From Victivallaceae bacterium (GTDB taxonomy: Bacteria; Verrucomicrobiota; Lentisphaeria; Victivallales; Victivallaceae), in contig JAQUYX010000001.1 of the NCBI GenBank assembly GCA_028691615.1, positions 491-64,490 on the forward strand: a stretch of DNA of 64,000 nucleotides, read 5' to 3'. Positions 28,414 through 38,802 of this stretch are shown here, piece by piece. The stretch's first letter is position 1. Each line of letters begins with the position of its first letter. The notes beneath the pieces were generated by a model that worked only from the letters and a program-made list of their open reading frames with translations, had not been told where the DNA came from and did not search any database. Made by a program: the position numbers and the translations under genes.

Positions 28414-28608
28414 ATGGCTGGTGCGGAAAAAAATAAGATGCTGATCCTGCCGCTGATCATTTTGGTCATCGTCATCGTACACATGATCATTATTGTCGTG
28501 GTGATGGGACGCCGCAGCTCGGAGACGGACGGCTCAGGAGATTCGTTTCCGCCGCCGGCAGCATACGGGGAGAAGGTTTCTTTCCCCGAACCTGTGATGC
28601 TTCCATAG
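28414..28608 (+). CDS. Small single-pass membrane protein, hypothetical
   Basis: 64 aa with one strongly hydrophobic segment. No other support. Confidence 0.3.
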   Translation: MAGAEKNKMLILPLIILVIVIVHMIIIVVVMGRRSSETDGSGDSFPPPAAYGEKVSFPEPVMLP

Positions 28609-28638
28609 CGCCGACAGGGGAAACATCAGGGAAAGAAT

Positions 28639-29628
28639 ATGAACGAATTCACCAAAACCCGTCTCTCCATCCTTACCGTGCTTGCCGCAGGGATTCTGTT
28701 CGCGCTTCTGGCGCTGCTGTTTCTTCCCGGCGGCGCTGCGTCCGGGAGGGGCAAAAGCGGCAGAAGCGCCGATGGGGTTCCGGAGCGGGAAGCGCTTCCG
28801 GAGCCGGTGCTTGCGCCGGGGCGGGGCGAATTGGATTGGTCCCGCGCGGTGCGCGGGGATCTGAGCACGCTGACCATCGGAGCGGGCGCCGGGATTCTGG
28901 TGGATCTGAGCAGCGGCAAGGTGCTTTGGGCGAAAAATCCCCATCAGCCAAGGCCGTTGGCGTCGATGACCAAGATGATGACGATGCTGGTGGCGCTTGA
29001 GGAACTGGAGCGCAAGCCGAATATCGGATTTGAAACGCCGGTTCCGATTTCGCAGCGGGCGGAAAAGATCAATGAAGGGGAAATTTGGCTTTCGACCCGG
29101 GAAGTTTTCCCGCTGGGCGACCTGATGAAAGCCATGATGATCCGCAGCGCCAACGACGCGGCCTGGCAGGTGGCGGAATTTGTTTCCGGCGGCGACATGG
29201 ATCATTTCATCGCGTTGATGAACAGCAAAGCCCGGTATCTCGGAATGCGAAACACAAAGTTCGTCAATCCGAACGGGTTGCCCGACCACAAAAAAGGGGA
29301 TTCCCTCAGTTCCCCCGCGGATCTGGTGCTGCTGGTCGAACAGCTTCTGAACTATCCGGCGGTCATGAAATGGTGCGGAACTCAGCAGGACTTCGTGCGT
29401 GGCGGCAAAACCGAGCTGACCAATACCAACCGGCTGATCCTTCCCCATTATCCGGGCGTGGACGGGATGAAGACCGGATTTACACGAAACGCCGGATTCT
29501 GTCTGGCTGCCACCTGTATCCGGGAGAACCGGCGGCTGGTGGCGGTGGTGATGGGATTCTCGCAGCGGCGGGAGCGGGATTACTGCGTGCGCCGGCTTCT
29601 GGACTGGGGTTACCGGCAGACGCCCTGA
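28639..29628 (+). CDS. D-alanyl-D-alanine carboxypeptidase (peptidase S11, low-MW PBP)
   Basis: Signal/anchor sequence, SxxK (ASMTKMM), SxN (SANDAA) and KTG (MKTGFT) motifs. Confidence 0.85.
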   Translation: MNEFTKTRLSILTVLAAGILFALLALLFLPGGAASGRGKSGRSADGVPEREALPEPVLAPGRGELDWSRAVRGDLSTLTIGAGAGILVDLSSGKVLWAKNPHQPRPLASMTKMMTMLVALEELERKPNIGFETPVPISQRAEKINEGEIWLSTREVFPLGDLMKAMMIRSANDAAWQVAEFVSGGDMDHFIALMNSKARYLGMRNTKFVNPNGLPDHKKGDSLSSPADLVLLVEQLLNYPAVMKWCGTQQDFVRGGKTELTNTNRLILPHYPGVDGMKTGFTRNAGFCLAATCIRENRRLVAVVMGFSQRRERDYCVRRLLDWGYRQTP

Positions 29629-29796
29629 ACGGACGCTGTTTTTTCCTCCCGAAAAAAAAGCACTCTTTTGCCGTTGACATCGGAGCAAAACCATGTATTT
29701 TGTCTCTGCAATCCACGGGGAAGAAAGAATGCGCCGATTCCAAAGTTTTTTTTCGTCTCCCGTGTGACCTTCCAATTTATGTCAAGAGGAGATGTC

Positions 29797-31395
29797 ATGA
29801 AGCATTCCAAGCTGCTGTGGTGGGCGATTACCTCCGCTCTCGCCGGATTCCTGTTCGGATTCGACACTGTGGTGATCTCCGGGGCGGAAAAACAGATTCA
29901 GGATCTCTGGTCGTTGAGCGGCGCGGTACACGGGCTTGCGCTCAGTTCCGCCCTGTGGGGAACGGTCTTGGGCGCGTGTTTCGGCGGCATTCCCTCAACC
30001 CGGTGGGGACGCAAAAAAACGTTGATCTTCAACGGCATACTCTATGTGGTCTCCGCAATCGGTTCCGGGATCGCATGGGATGCGACCTCGTTTTCGATTT
30101 TCCGGCTGATCGGCGGAGTGGGAATCGGCATTTCAACGATCGCCGCGCCGCTGTACATCTCCGAAATTTCCCCCGCGCGCGACCGGGGCAAACTGACCGG
30201 CCTCTTCCAATTCAACATTGTATTCGGAATTTTGATCGCCTATCTCTCCAACTTCGTCATTGGACGACTCTGCGTGCCGGAGGAGGCCTGGCGCTGGATG
30301 CTGGCGGTGGAAGCACTTCCGGCGGTGATCTACACAATGATGTGTCTGAGTCTCCCGCAAAGTCCCCGCTGGCTGATCGTTCATGCGGGAAAACGAGAGG
30401 AAGGCGCACGCATTTTCCGGCAGATCAACCCGGAAATGAGCGACGAAGAGATCGAAACGATGGTGCGGGAGGTGGAGGCGACGCGCGTCGATCACTCCGC
30501 ACGCAGTTCGTTCTGGACAAGGAAGCTCTGGAAACCGATCTCGTTTGCGTTTCTGATCGCGTTTTTCAATCAGCTCTCGGGCATTAATATCATTCTCTAT
30601 TTTGCGCCGCGCCTGCTGGGTCTGGCCGGGATGCAAAACGCCCTCGGCGCGGCGATCTGTCTGGGAATTACCAATCTGATCTTCACGTTTGTCGGGCTCT
30701 GGCTGATCGACAAGCTGGGAAGGAGGCGTCTGCTCTATCTCGGGTCGGTCGGGTATCTGGTCAGTCTGGGGGTCTGCGCGTGGGCATTCTTCTCGTTTGC
30801 GGATTTCAAAACCCTCTCCGCCGCTTTGGATCTCTCGGCCAGCGCCGACCGGATGACGCGAATCGAAGAGCAAAGCAAAGGCGCGTACCATCCCGACCGT
30901 GCCCGCATCGGCAAAGAATACGAGGCGGCGAAGATTCAATTCCGTCAAACCGCCCCGCAATCCGAATTGCTGACGCTGCCGGAACTCACACCGGAAGCGG
31001 CGCCGGAGGTCTGGAAGAGCGCGGCCGGGAAAATCCATGACGCCGCCGCCGCCCGTCTCGGAGGAGTCAGTTGGGTCATTTTGATCTGCATGATTCTATT
31101 CATCGCGGCACACGCGGTCGGGTCGGGGACGATCATCTGGGTGTTCATCTCGGAAATTTTCCCGTACGAACAACGGGCATCGGGGCAGGCGCTGGGGAGT
31201 TTTACCCATTGGATTTTCGCGGCGCTGCTGACCTTGTTTTTTCCGGTGGCGATCAAGGAGTTCAACGCCGGAACGATCTTTGCGTTCTTCGGCTTCATGA
31301 TGCTGCTCCAGCTGATCTGGGCCAAAACGATGATGCCGGAAACCAAAGGAAAATCGTTGGAAGAGATCGAACGGGAGATGAAATGGGAAGCCTGA
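29797..31395 (+). CDS. MFS sugar porter family transporter
   Basis: 12 TM segments; GRKKT and PESPRW-like (PQSPRW) sugar-porter motifs. Start moved to MKHSKL. Confidence 0.85.
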   Translation: MKHSKLLWWAITSALAGFLFGFDTVVISGAEKQIQDLWSLSGAVHGLALSSALWGTVLGACFGGIPSTRWGRKKTLIFNGILYVVSAIGSGIAWDATSFSIFRLIGGVGIGISTIAAPLYISEISPARDRGKLTGLFQFNIVFGILIAYLSNFVIGRLCVPEEAWRWMLAVEALPAVIYTMMCLSLPQSPRWLIVHAGKREEGARIFRQINPEMSDEEIETMVREVEATRVDHSARSSFWTRKLWKPISFAFLIAFFNQLSGINIILYFAPRLLGLAGMQNALGAAICLGITNLIFTFVGLWLIDKLGRRRLLYLGSVGYLVSLGVCAWAFFSFADFKTLSAALDLSASADRMTRIEEQSKGAYHPDRARIGKEYEAAKIQFRQTAPQSELLTLPELTPEAAPEVWKSAAGKIHDAAAARLGGVSWVILICMILFIAAHAVGSGTIIWVFISEIFPYEQRASGQALGSFTHWIFAALLTLFFPVAIKEFNAGTIFAFFGFMMLLQLIWAKTMMPETKGKSLEEIEREMKWEA

Positions 31396-31414
31396 TTCCC
31401 GGAGCAAAGCGCCC

Positions 31415-32542
31415 ATGAAAAAAGTCATTCTCGCGTTTGATTCCTACAAAAATTGCCGCCGCGCCAATGCAATTTGCCAAATGGCCGCGGAAATTCTCCG
31501 AACCGAGTGCCGCATGGAAGGAATTTTGTGCCCGCTCTCCGACGGCGGCGAGGGCTTTGTCGACGCGCTTTTGAGTAGATCGGGCAGCAGGATCGACTGC
31601 CCCGTGCACGATCCGCTGGGGCGTCCGGGTATCGCTCGCGCCGGAATCATACCCGATGGCGGGACGGTTGTGGAAATGGCCTCCGCCTCGGGGTTGGAGC
31701 TGCTGAAAAAATCCGAACGCAATGCGCTTGTCACTTCCACGTTCGGCTTCGGAGAGCTGCTGAAAACCTTGATTCAAACGTATCACCGCCGGAATTTCCT
31801 CGTCGGAATCGGCGGAAGCGCCACGGTCGACGGCGGAATGGGAATGCTGCAAGCGCTCGGCTGGCGCTTTTTTGACGGGGAGGAGCGGGAGATTCCGATT
31901 TTTGCCGGAGGCCAGGCGCTGCGGGAAATCCGGCGGATCGACGGAACCGGCGCGTTGCCGGAATTGAAGGATTGCCGTTTTCAAATCGCCAGCGACGTCA
32001 CCAACAGGCTGTACGGCCCGGACGGAGCGGCCCGGGTTTTCGGCCCCCAGAAAGGGGCGACTAGGGAAGCGGTGGAAATTCTGGAGTGCGGATTGCAAAA
32101 TTTTGCCGCAGTGACCGCCGTCGGGGAGCGGCCCGGCGACGGCGCCGCCGGAGGGGTGGGGTATGCGCTGCGCGTGTATTGCAATGGCGAAATTTACAGC
32201 GGCGCGAATCTCGTATTGGATGCCATCGGATTTGATGCGCTGCTGGATTCGGCGGATTTGGTGCTGACCGGCGAAGGCCGGAGCGACGCGCAGACGCTGC
32301 ATGGAAAACTTTGTTCCGTCGTCGCCGCGCGCGCCGCCGGGAAGAACGTGCCGTGCATTCTGATCTCCGGAGCGATTGAAGAGCCGGAAAAACTCGTTCA
32401 ATTCTTTGACCAGCTGGAAGAAGTGACGCCGTACGGAACCCCGCCGGAGGTCGCGATCCGGGAGTTTCCACGATTTTTCGAAACCGCATTGAAGCGAGTC
32501 GCAAGAGATTTAACAACGGAAAGAAAAGTTCCGTCGATTTGA
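31415..32542 (+). CDS. Glycerate kinase
   Basis: 375 aa; typical GlxK/GarK family N-terminus and GGSATVDGG motif. Confidence 0.9.
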   Translation: MKKVILAFDSYKNCRRANAICQMAAEILRTECRMEGILCPLSDGGEGFVDALLSRSGSRIDCPVHDPLGRPGIARAGIIPDGGTVVEMASASGLELLKKSERNALVTSTFGFGELLKTLIQTYHRRNFLVGIGGSATVDGGMGMLQALGWRFFDGEEREIPIFAGGQALREIRRIDGTGALPELKDCRFQIASDVTNRLYGPDGAARVFGPQKGATREAVEILECGLQNFAAVTAVGERPGDGAAGGVGYALRVYCNGEIYSGANLVLDAIGFDALLDSADLVLTGEGRSDAQTLHGKLCSVVAARAAGKNVPCILISGAIEEPEKLVQFFDQLEEVTPYGTPPEVAIREFPRFFETALKRVARDLTTERKVPSI

Positions 32543-32627
32543 AAAAAGCAAAAAGAAGAGTATACTGTAAGGAATATCCCGGACGGAACAAACCAAAGTC
32601 CCGCCGGTTCAACAGGAGCATCATGTC

Positions 32628-33731
32628 ATGAAGTCATCGGAACTATTGTTTGGTTCATTCGCGCCGAAAACACTCGATCCAGCCGCATCGTTCGGCAATA
32701 AATTCAGCCGCATTCTCGACGCCCTCGATCTGGCGGCGACCGTACGGGACAAAAAAGTCTGCATCAAAATGCACCTCGGCGGCGGAGGGGGATTTTCGAC
32801 GATTCACCCGTTCTTCGTACGCAAACTGGTCGCCGCGGTGCGCAAGGCCGGCGCGGCTTCGGTTTTCGTGACCGATCTATACCGCGACACCATCGGCGCG
32901 ATCGACCGCGGCTACACCGAAGAGGTTTTCGGTTGCCCGATCATCCCGGTCTGCAACGAAAAAGACGACAACTACCGGTCGTTTCCGGTCACTCCGGCAT
33001 TCCAATCGATGGATCGGATTGAGCTGTCAGCACCGATTCTCGCTTCCGACGTGCTGCTGGACTTCTCGCATATCAAGGGACACGGCGTCTGCGGCTTCGG
33101 CGGAGCCTCCAAAAATCTTTCCATGGGCGCAGTGACCGACCGGATGCGTCAGATTCTCCACTCGCTCGAAGGCGGACTGGAATGGGACGAAGCCAAGTGC
33201 ATTCATTGCAACAAATGCGTGGACAACTGCCCGAACCATGCGATGAGTTTCAAAGAGAACAAACTCGATGTCTTTTACCACAACTGCAAATTCTGCCAGC
33301 ACTGCGCATTGATCTGTCCGACCAAAGCGGTCAAGATGACCGCCGGTGGCTATCTCGATTTCCAGAAGGGCATGGCCATGACCTCGGCCAAACTGCTGGA
33401 AGCGTTTCTGCCGGATCGGGCGCTCTTCATCAACATGCTGATGGATGTGACCATCTTCTGCGACTGCTGGGGCATGACCACGCCCCGGCTGATCCGGGAC
33501 ATCGGCGTTCTGGCCGGACGCGACATTGTGGCGATCGAAGAAGCCACGCTGGATCTGATCGGCAAAGAGAAACTCATCGAAGGAAGTCTCCCGCCGGGAC
33601 GGGAGCTGGACATGGACGAGTCCAAACACCTCTTCGAACGCATCCATCATAAAGATCCCTATGCGGTGGTGCGCTATCTGGAGGAACTCGGCTGCGGCAC
33701 GCGTCGCTATCATCTGACCGAAATCGATTGA
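32628..33731 (+). CDS. DUF362-domain protein with 2x[4Fe-4S] ferredoxin insert
   Basis: CIHCNKCVDNCP and CKFCQHCALICP motifs embedded in a DUF362-like scaffold. Confidence 0.7.
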   Translation: MKSSELLFGSFAPKTLDPAASFGNKFSRILDALDLAATVRDKKVCIKMHLGGGGGFSTIHPFFVRKLVAAVRKAGAASVFVTDLYRDTIGAIDRGYTEEVFGCPIIPVCNEKDDNYRSFPVTPAFQSMDRIELSAPILASDVLLDFSHIKGHGVCGFGGASKNLSMGAVTDRMRQILHSLEGGLEWDEAKCIHCNKCVDNCPNHAMSFKENKLDVFYHNCKFCQHCALICPTKAVKMTAGGYLDFQKGMAMTSAKLLEAFLPDRALFINMLMDVTIFCDCWGMTTPRLIRDIGVLAGRDIVAIEEATLDLIGKEKLIEGSLPPGRELDMDESKHLFERIHHKDPYAVVRYLEELGCGTRRYHLTEID

Positions 33732-33763
33732 CCGGACACACATCCCCTTCGCTCGAAGTTGTT

Positions 33764-35167
33764 TTATCGCACTTCGGGCGAAGGAATTTTGCCATCCTCC
33801 GCGACCAGGGAAATTTGCACACAAGGCGCCCCGTCCGAGGCGACGGCAAAATCACTTTGCCGGACCAGCGGAATCCAAAGGAGTTTCCCGTCTCCGGTGC
33901 GAAGGAAGGGTAGTCCACGGCGGATCGCAGACGGAAGTTTGGAGTCGGCAAGGAGTTTTTTGACTCTCCTCCTGCTGCTGCCGCCGCCGCCGGAGAAGAT
34001 CGACATCATTTCCCCCTCCCTGCGCGGCCCCCAGACCAATTCGTCCGGGAGATCATTTGCATTGAAAATCGCCTCTCGTTTGCCGACCTTGCCGGGAAAC
34101 GAGTCGAAAAAATCGCGGCGGAACACAAAGTTGTTCACCGTAATATACGCGTTCTCGCGCCAGCGCCAGAGACAAAAGGGCGCCGCCGCGATCTCCTCCT
34201 CTTCTTTGTCCGGGAGATCAAATCCCCCCTCGGTCATCCGCAGACACCTTCCGCCGCCCAAGTCCAGAAAACGCGTCTCCCCCTCCGGCAATGCCAGCAT
34301 CGCCTCAAAATCACGCAGCAGCCGCCCGGAGGGAACTTGTTCGCAGCCGGGAAATTCGCGCAGGAGTCTACGCAACAAGCGCGCGCGCAGCGCCGGAGGA
34401 ATCGGCCGCCACCACGCGGAGCGCAGCCGCTCCTCTGCGGACGCGCGCTCCCAGAGCGTCGCCGCGCTGGCGGACAAATACGCCTCGTCCTCGGCAAGCA
34501 CCCGAAGCGAAGCGCGGACGCCTTTTGCCGCGTAAGGAAGCCTCTCATAGATTCGGGGCAGAATTTCGTTGCGCAAAAAGTTTCTGGAATAATCATTATC
34601 CCGATTGGTCCGGTCGATCCGCCAGGAGGATACCCCGCATCCGCACAGCTCCTGCTCAATCTCCGCGCGGGAAAATTCGAGCAGCGGCCGCAGGTAAACC
34701 ACGCCGTCGAGCACCGTCACCGGACGCGGGGAAAGCAACCCGGACAGATTGCTGCCGCGCGCGAAGCGGAGAAGAAAATTTTCCAGCATATCATCGCCGT
34801 GATGGCCGAGAACCACCGCGCATCCGGCTTGGGACGCGATGGATTTCCACGCCTCCAGGCGCAGCCGGCGGGCGGCGGATTCGTCGCTTTCGCCCTTTTC
34901 GCGGCGCGCGGGAACCTCCAGCGGAATCACGCGACAGGGTACGGAACGCGTTCGACAGAAGGCGCGGACGAATTGCGCGTCCGCCAGACTTGCATCGCCG
35001 CGCAACCCGTGTTCAAAATGCACCGCCTCGACGGTCAGTTCCAACTCGTCGCGCACGTCGAGCACGGCCAGCAGCGCGGCAAGGGAATCAGCGCCGCCGC
35101 TGACCCCGACGAAAAGGTGTTTTTTTCGCCAGGAAGTAAGGATTTTCGCGGTTTTTCCGGCAAACAT
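33764..35167 (-). CDS. tilS: tRNA(Ile)-lysidine synthase TilS
   Basis: PP-loop SGGADS. 467 aa after trimming the long ORF, whose 5' part is the antisense shadow of rdgB. Confidence 0.85.
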   Translation of the reverse strand: MFAGKTAKILTSWRKKHLFVGVSGGADSLAALLAVLDVRDELELTVEAVHFEHGLRGDASLADAQFVRAFCRTRSVPCRVIPLEVPARREKGESDESAARRLRLEAWKSIASQAGCAVVLGHHGDDMLENFLLRFARGSNLSGLLSPRPVTVLDGVVYLRPLLEFSRAEIEQELCGCGVSSWRIDRTNRDNDYSRNFLRNEILPRIYERLPYAAKGVRASLRVLAEDEAYLSASAATLWERASAEERLRSAWWRPIPPALRARLLRRLLREFPGCEQVPSGRLLRDFEAMLALPEGETRFLDLGGGRCLRMTEGGFDLPDKEEEEIAAAPFCLWRWRENAYITVNNFVFRRDFFDSFPGKVGKREAIFNANDLPDELVWGPRREGEMMSIFSGGGGSSRRRVKKLLADSKLPSAIRRGLPFLRTGDGKLLWIPLVRQSDFAVASDGAPCVQISLVAEDGKIPSPEVR

Positions 35168-35248
35168 CACGGTTGTTCCATTGTAATTGAGCGTTTTCCA
35201 CACTATAATACCGGGAAACGACAAAAACAAGAAGGAAAAACAATTCTT

Positions 35249-35851
35249 ATGTCTTACATTGTCATCGCCACATCCAATGCGCATAAAGTTCAGGAATACG
35301 CAAAACTCATCGGCGACGAGAAGGTCGAACTCAAGAGCCTGCTGGATTATCCGGGATTTCCCGGCGTGGAGGAGAACGGCGCAACCTTTGCGGAAAACGC
35401 GGCGATCAAGGCGCTTGCGGCATGCAAATACTGCGATGTTCCGGCGTTCGCCGACGATTCCGGTCTGGAAATCGCCGCGCTCGACAACCGGCCGGGAATT
35501 TATTCGGCCCGTTACGCCGCGACCGATGCCGAGCGCATTGCCCGCGTCCTCGGGGAAATGGAAGGCGTAACCGACCGCCGGGCGCGCTTCGTCTGCGCAA
35601 TCGCCATTGCGATCAACGGCGAAATCATCGAGTCGTTCGAGGGCGAGATCAAAGGAACGATCGGCTTTACGCCCAAAGGAACGAACGGATTCGGATACGA
35701 TCCGATTTTCATTCCCGACGGCATGACCCGCAGCTTTGCGGAACTCACCGACGCGGAGAAAAACGCAATCAGCCATCGGCACAACGCATTTGTCAAGGCG
35801 CAGGAGTTCGTCGAGGATCAAATGTCCGTGCTGGACGAGGATTTCAACTGA
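35249..35851 (+). CDS. rdgB: dITP/XTP pyrophosphatase (RdgB/HAM1)
   Basis: 200 aa; IVIATSNAHKVQE and FGYDPIF motifs. Confidence 0.9.
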   Translation: MSYIVIATSNAHKVQEYAKLIGDEKVELKSLLDYPGFPGVEENGATFAENAAIKALAACKYCDVPAFADDSGLEIAALDNRPGIYSARYAATDAERIARVLGEMEGVTDRRARFVCAIAIAINGEIIESFEGEIKGTIGFTPKGTNGFGYDPIFIPDGMTRSFAELTDAEKNAISHRHNAFVKAQEFVEDQMSVLDEDFN

Positions 35852-35870
35852 CCCCGGACGGAAACACTCC

Positions 35871-37718
35871 ATGAAAAGCAAGATCACAGAATCCTTTCGC
35901 CGCATTTTCGAACCGACGGAAACCGCCGTGGCCGCACGCTTTGCCGACCGCTCCATGATGATGACCCCCGACGGAGAGATCCGCCTCTACGGAGTGCGGA
36001 TTTTGGAGCATGAGGACGGACGCAAACAATTTCATTACGTCGTCCAGAAATCCTTCGACTTCGGAATCAGTTTTGCCGAAGAGTCGGTTCCCCCGGACGA
36101 CCCGGGCGCACGCGTGCAAAGCCCCTACTCCGGAGATTATCTCACGCTTCTGACCGGTTCGTCCCGCCCGCCTCTTCCGGCACACATTCGCTGCGAAGGG
36201 AGCGAATACTCCGCGGCGGTGCAGCATTCTCTCAGGGAGGACAAAGTTTTCCTCTTCCGCAGCACCAACGGTCCCGACGGCCCCTTCACCAGAACCAAAG
36301 TACTGGACACTCCACTGCAAATCCAGAGACTGCCGCTTCCCCTCAAACACCGGCAGCGGTGGATCGCCTGCGCCCAGCGGTGGGAGGGCGACAGATTCCG
36401 CCCGGCACTGCTGATCTCCGACGACGACGGCCGTTCGTGGCGCGAAAATTTGCTGCCTGCGCCCCCCTTCCAGCCGGAAATTTGTCCCCCGCACAAGGGA
36501 TTGCGCTGGCTTCAGACCGGCCCGGAACCTTGTGTGGCGGAGATGCCTTCCGGCCGGCTGATGATGATGATGCGCACCTCGGTGGATGTGCATTATCAAT
36601 GTTTTTCGGACGACGGCGGCGACACGTGGAGCGCAATGACCGCGTCAATTTTTTACAGCGTGGCGACAATGCCGGGAATCTACGCGCTCTCCGGCGGACG
36701 AATGCTGGCGGTGTGGAACAACACCACCCCGCTGCCGGAGCTGGATCACGCGACGCAGCCGGAACTCTCGGAGGAGGAACGCAACGGCAGATGGGAGGAT
36801 GTCTTCACCAATCGCGACGCGCTCCATGCGGCGATTTCCGACGACGAGGGCCGCTCCTGGCGCGGATTCCGTGAAATCGCGCTCAACAGCCACCGCAACG
36901 ACGGCGATTTGCGCACCGTCGGCGGCGCATGGGCGCTCTTCGACAAAAGCGTCCACCAGAATCAAGTGCTGGAACTGCCGGAAAATAAGGTGCTGGTGCA
37001 TTACGGACAGCATCCGGCCTGCACACGAACGATGATCTTCGATCTGGGGTTTCTCGATGCGACTGATCGCAAGGGGGATTTTTTCTCCGGCTTGCGCGAC
37101 TGGTCCACACAGCTGTATTACCGCAGCCACTCCGGCGGATTTCGCGGGGCGGGACATTGTTCGTGGAACCGCCGCAGCGGCGCCCAGCTCATGCCGTCGC
37201 CGGAGGGCGACTGGAAAGAGGCGCTGCTGATCGGACGACACCCGGACACACGGCTCTTCTCCGACCGGGAGGGGGCGGTGTGGAATTTTCCGGGAGCGCG
37301 CCGGGGCGAAGTGAATATGGATCTGACGTTGGGCGAAGGCGGCGGCGGGGCGCGCATCTCGCTGGCGGACCGCTGGATCAATCCCTGCGACGAAACGGTC
37401 GGAGAACTTTCGCCCTTCAGCTTTGTGCTTGATGGCGAGGGCAGGATCGGCGCGGTGAAACTTGCCGCACCGGGCAGGCGGTTTCGATTGCAACTGAAAT
37501 TCGACCTTGACAAGCGCATTTTGGAGATTGCCACGGAGCTGGGACGAATGGAAATGGCACTGAGCCAAACGCTGGTGTCGCCATTCGGAGAGACCAGAGA
37601 AATCAGTTATCTGCATGTGCAATCCGCAGCGAAGGGCGCGGATGATGTCGGGGTATGGCTTCACGAATCAAGCATGGAAAAGACCGACTCCCGCGATTTT
37701 CCATGCATTCGAGGTTGA
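35871..37718 (+). CDS. BNR/Asp-box repeat sialidase-like glycosyl hydrolase with C-terminal extra domain
   Basis: Three Asp-boxes (SDDDGRSW, SDDGGDTW, SDDEGRSW). No obvious signal peptide. Confidence 0.7.
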   Translation: MKSKITESFRRIFEPTETAVAARFADRSMMMTPDGEIRLYGVRILEHEDGRKQFHYVVQKSFDFGISFAEESVPPDDPGARVQSPYSGDYLTLLTGSSRPPLPAHIRCEGSEYSAAVQHSLREDKVFLFRSTNGPDGPFTRTKVLDTPLQIQRLPLPLKHRQRWIACAQRWEGDRFRPALLISDDDGRSWRENLLPAPPFQPEICPPHKGLRWLQTGPEPCVAEMPSGRLMMMMRTSVDVHYQCFSDDGGDTWSAMTASIFYSVATMPGIYALSGGRMLAVWNNTTPLPELDHATQPELSEEERNGRWEDVFTNRDALHAAISDDEGRSWRGFREIALNSHRNDGDLRTVGGAWALFDKSVHQNQVLELPENKVLVHYGQHPACTRTMIFDLGFLDATDRKGDFFSGLRDWSTQLYYRSHSGGFRGAGHCSWNRRSGAQLMPSPEGDWKEALLIGRHPDTRLFSDREGAVWNFPGARRGEVNMDLTLGEGGGGARISLADRWINPCDETVGELSPFSFVLDGEGRIGAVKLAAPGRRFRLQLKFDLDKRILEIATELGRMEMALSQTLVSPFGETREISYLHVQSAAKGADDVGVWLHESSMEKTDSRDFPCIRG

Positions 37719-37782
37719 AAAGTCGCCGTTGGCGGAGTATGTTATTTTGATCTTATATACTGGGAAAGGAAGGCCGTTAGTC

Positions 37783-38757
37783 ATGCAGGACGTCATCCAG
37801 ATTGCACACGAAGTCATCAATACCGAGATCCACGGAATCACCCAAGTGCGCGACAGCCTCGGCAAAGAGTTCACCGCCATGGTCGAAAAATGTATCGCCA
37901 CGCTCGACGCGGGCGGCAAACTGGTTCTGACCGGAATCGGCAAGAGCGGTTATATCGGCAAAAAGATGGCGGCCACGCTGGCCTCCACGGGATCTCCCTC
38001 GATTTTCATGCACCCGGTGGAAGCGCTGCACGGCGACCTCGGAATGCTTCAGAAACACGACTTGCTGATCGCCTTGAGTTATTCCGGCGAGACGGACGAA
38101 CTGCTGACCACGATGAAGCCGGCCAAGCGCCTCGGCGTCGAGATCGTCTCCATCACCGGCAACGCCAATTCCACGCTGGGCAAACTCTCGGAACTGGTCG
38201 TCCCCATGACTGTGGAACGCGAGGCATGCCCCTTCAATCTGGCGCCGACCACCACGACCACGGCGCTTCTGGCGCTCGGGGACGCGCTGGCCATCGTGCT
38301 GCTCAAAGTCCGCGGCTTCACCAAGAGCGATTACGGCCGGCTGCATCCGGGCGGCGCGATCGGACGGGCGGTGACGATGCGGGCGATGGACATCATGCGT
38401 TCGAAAGAGCGGTTTGCCTCGGCCACGGTGGACGTGCCGGTGCGCGAAGTGCTCTGCCGGATGGGACAGGCCCGTTGCGGAGCGACGGTGATCGTCGACG
38501 ACGGCAACAAGGTGCTTGGAATCTTCACCGACGGGGATTTCCGCCGCGCCGCGGAACGGGACATCACCGTGTTAAGCAAGCCGATCGGGGATTTCATGAC
38601 GCCCAATCCGGTCACTGTGCGGGACGAAGAGCTGGCGGTTTCCGTGCTGAAACTGGTGGAAGAGCGCAAGGTCAACTCGGTGATCGTCGCTGACAGTCAG
38701 GGGCGCGCGGTAGGCTTGATCGACGTGCAGGATCTTCCGGGCCTCAAATTAATGTAA
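37783..38757 (+). CDS. kdsD: Arabinose-5-phosphate isomerase (KdsD/KpsF; SIS + 2xCBS)
   Basis: SIS motif GIGKSGYIGKKMAATLASTG, tandem CBS domains; 324 aa. Confidence 0.9.
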   Translation: MQDVIQIAHEVINTEIHGITQVRDSLGKEFTAMVEKCIATLDAGGKLVLTGIGKSGYIGKKMAATLASTGSPSIFMHPVEALHGDLGMLQKHDLLIALSYSGETDELLTTMKPAKRLGVEIVSITGNANSTLGKLSELVVPMTVEREACPFNLAPTTTTTALLALGDALAIVLLKVRGFTKSDYGRLHPGGAIGRAVTMRAMDIMRSKERFASATVDVPVREVLCRMGQARCGATVIVDDGNKVLGIFTDGDFRRAAERDITVLSKPIGDFMTPNPVTVRDEELAVSVLKLVEERKVNSVIVADSQGRAVGLIDVQDLPGLKLM

Positions 38758-38802
38758 TCGAGTTGTTTTCCGCCACGGAAAACCGGAAGGGAAAACCGTC
38801 GA

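Noticed and set aside
26439-28490. 683-aa ORF antisense to leuA. Similar long antisense ORFs occur at 1928..3283, 4462..5766, 8569..10314, 38749..40362, 42488..44611, 44681..47020, 49507..51558 and 59657..60736.
   Set aside because: Each lies opposite a gene with unmistakable family motifs. Their translations are Arg/Gly/Pro/Ala-rich with no recognisable domains. This is typical of shadow ORFs in high-GC DNA.
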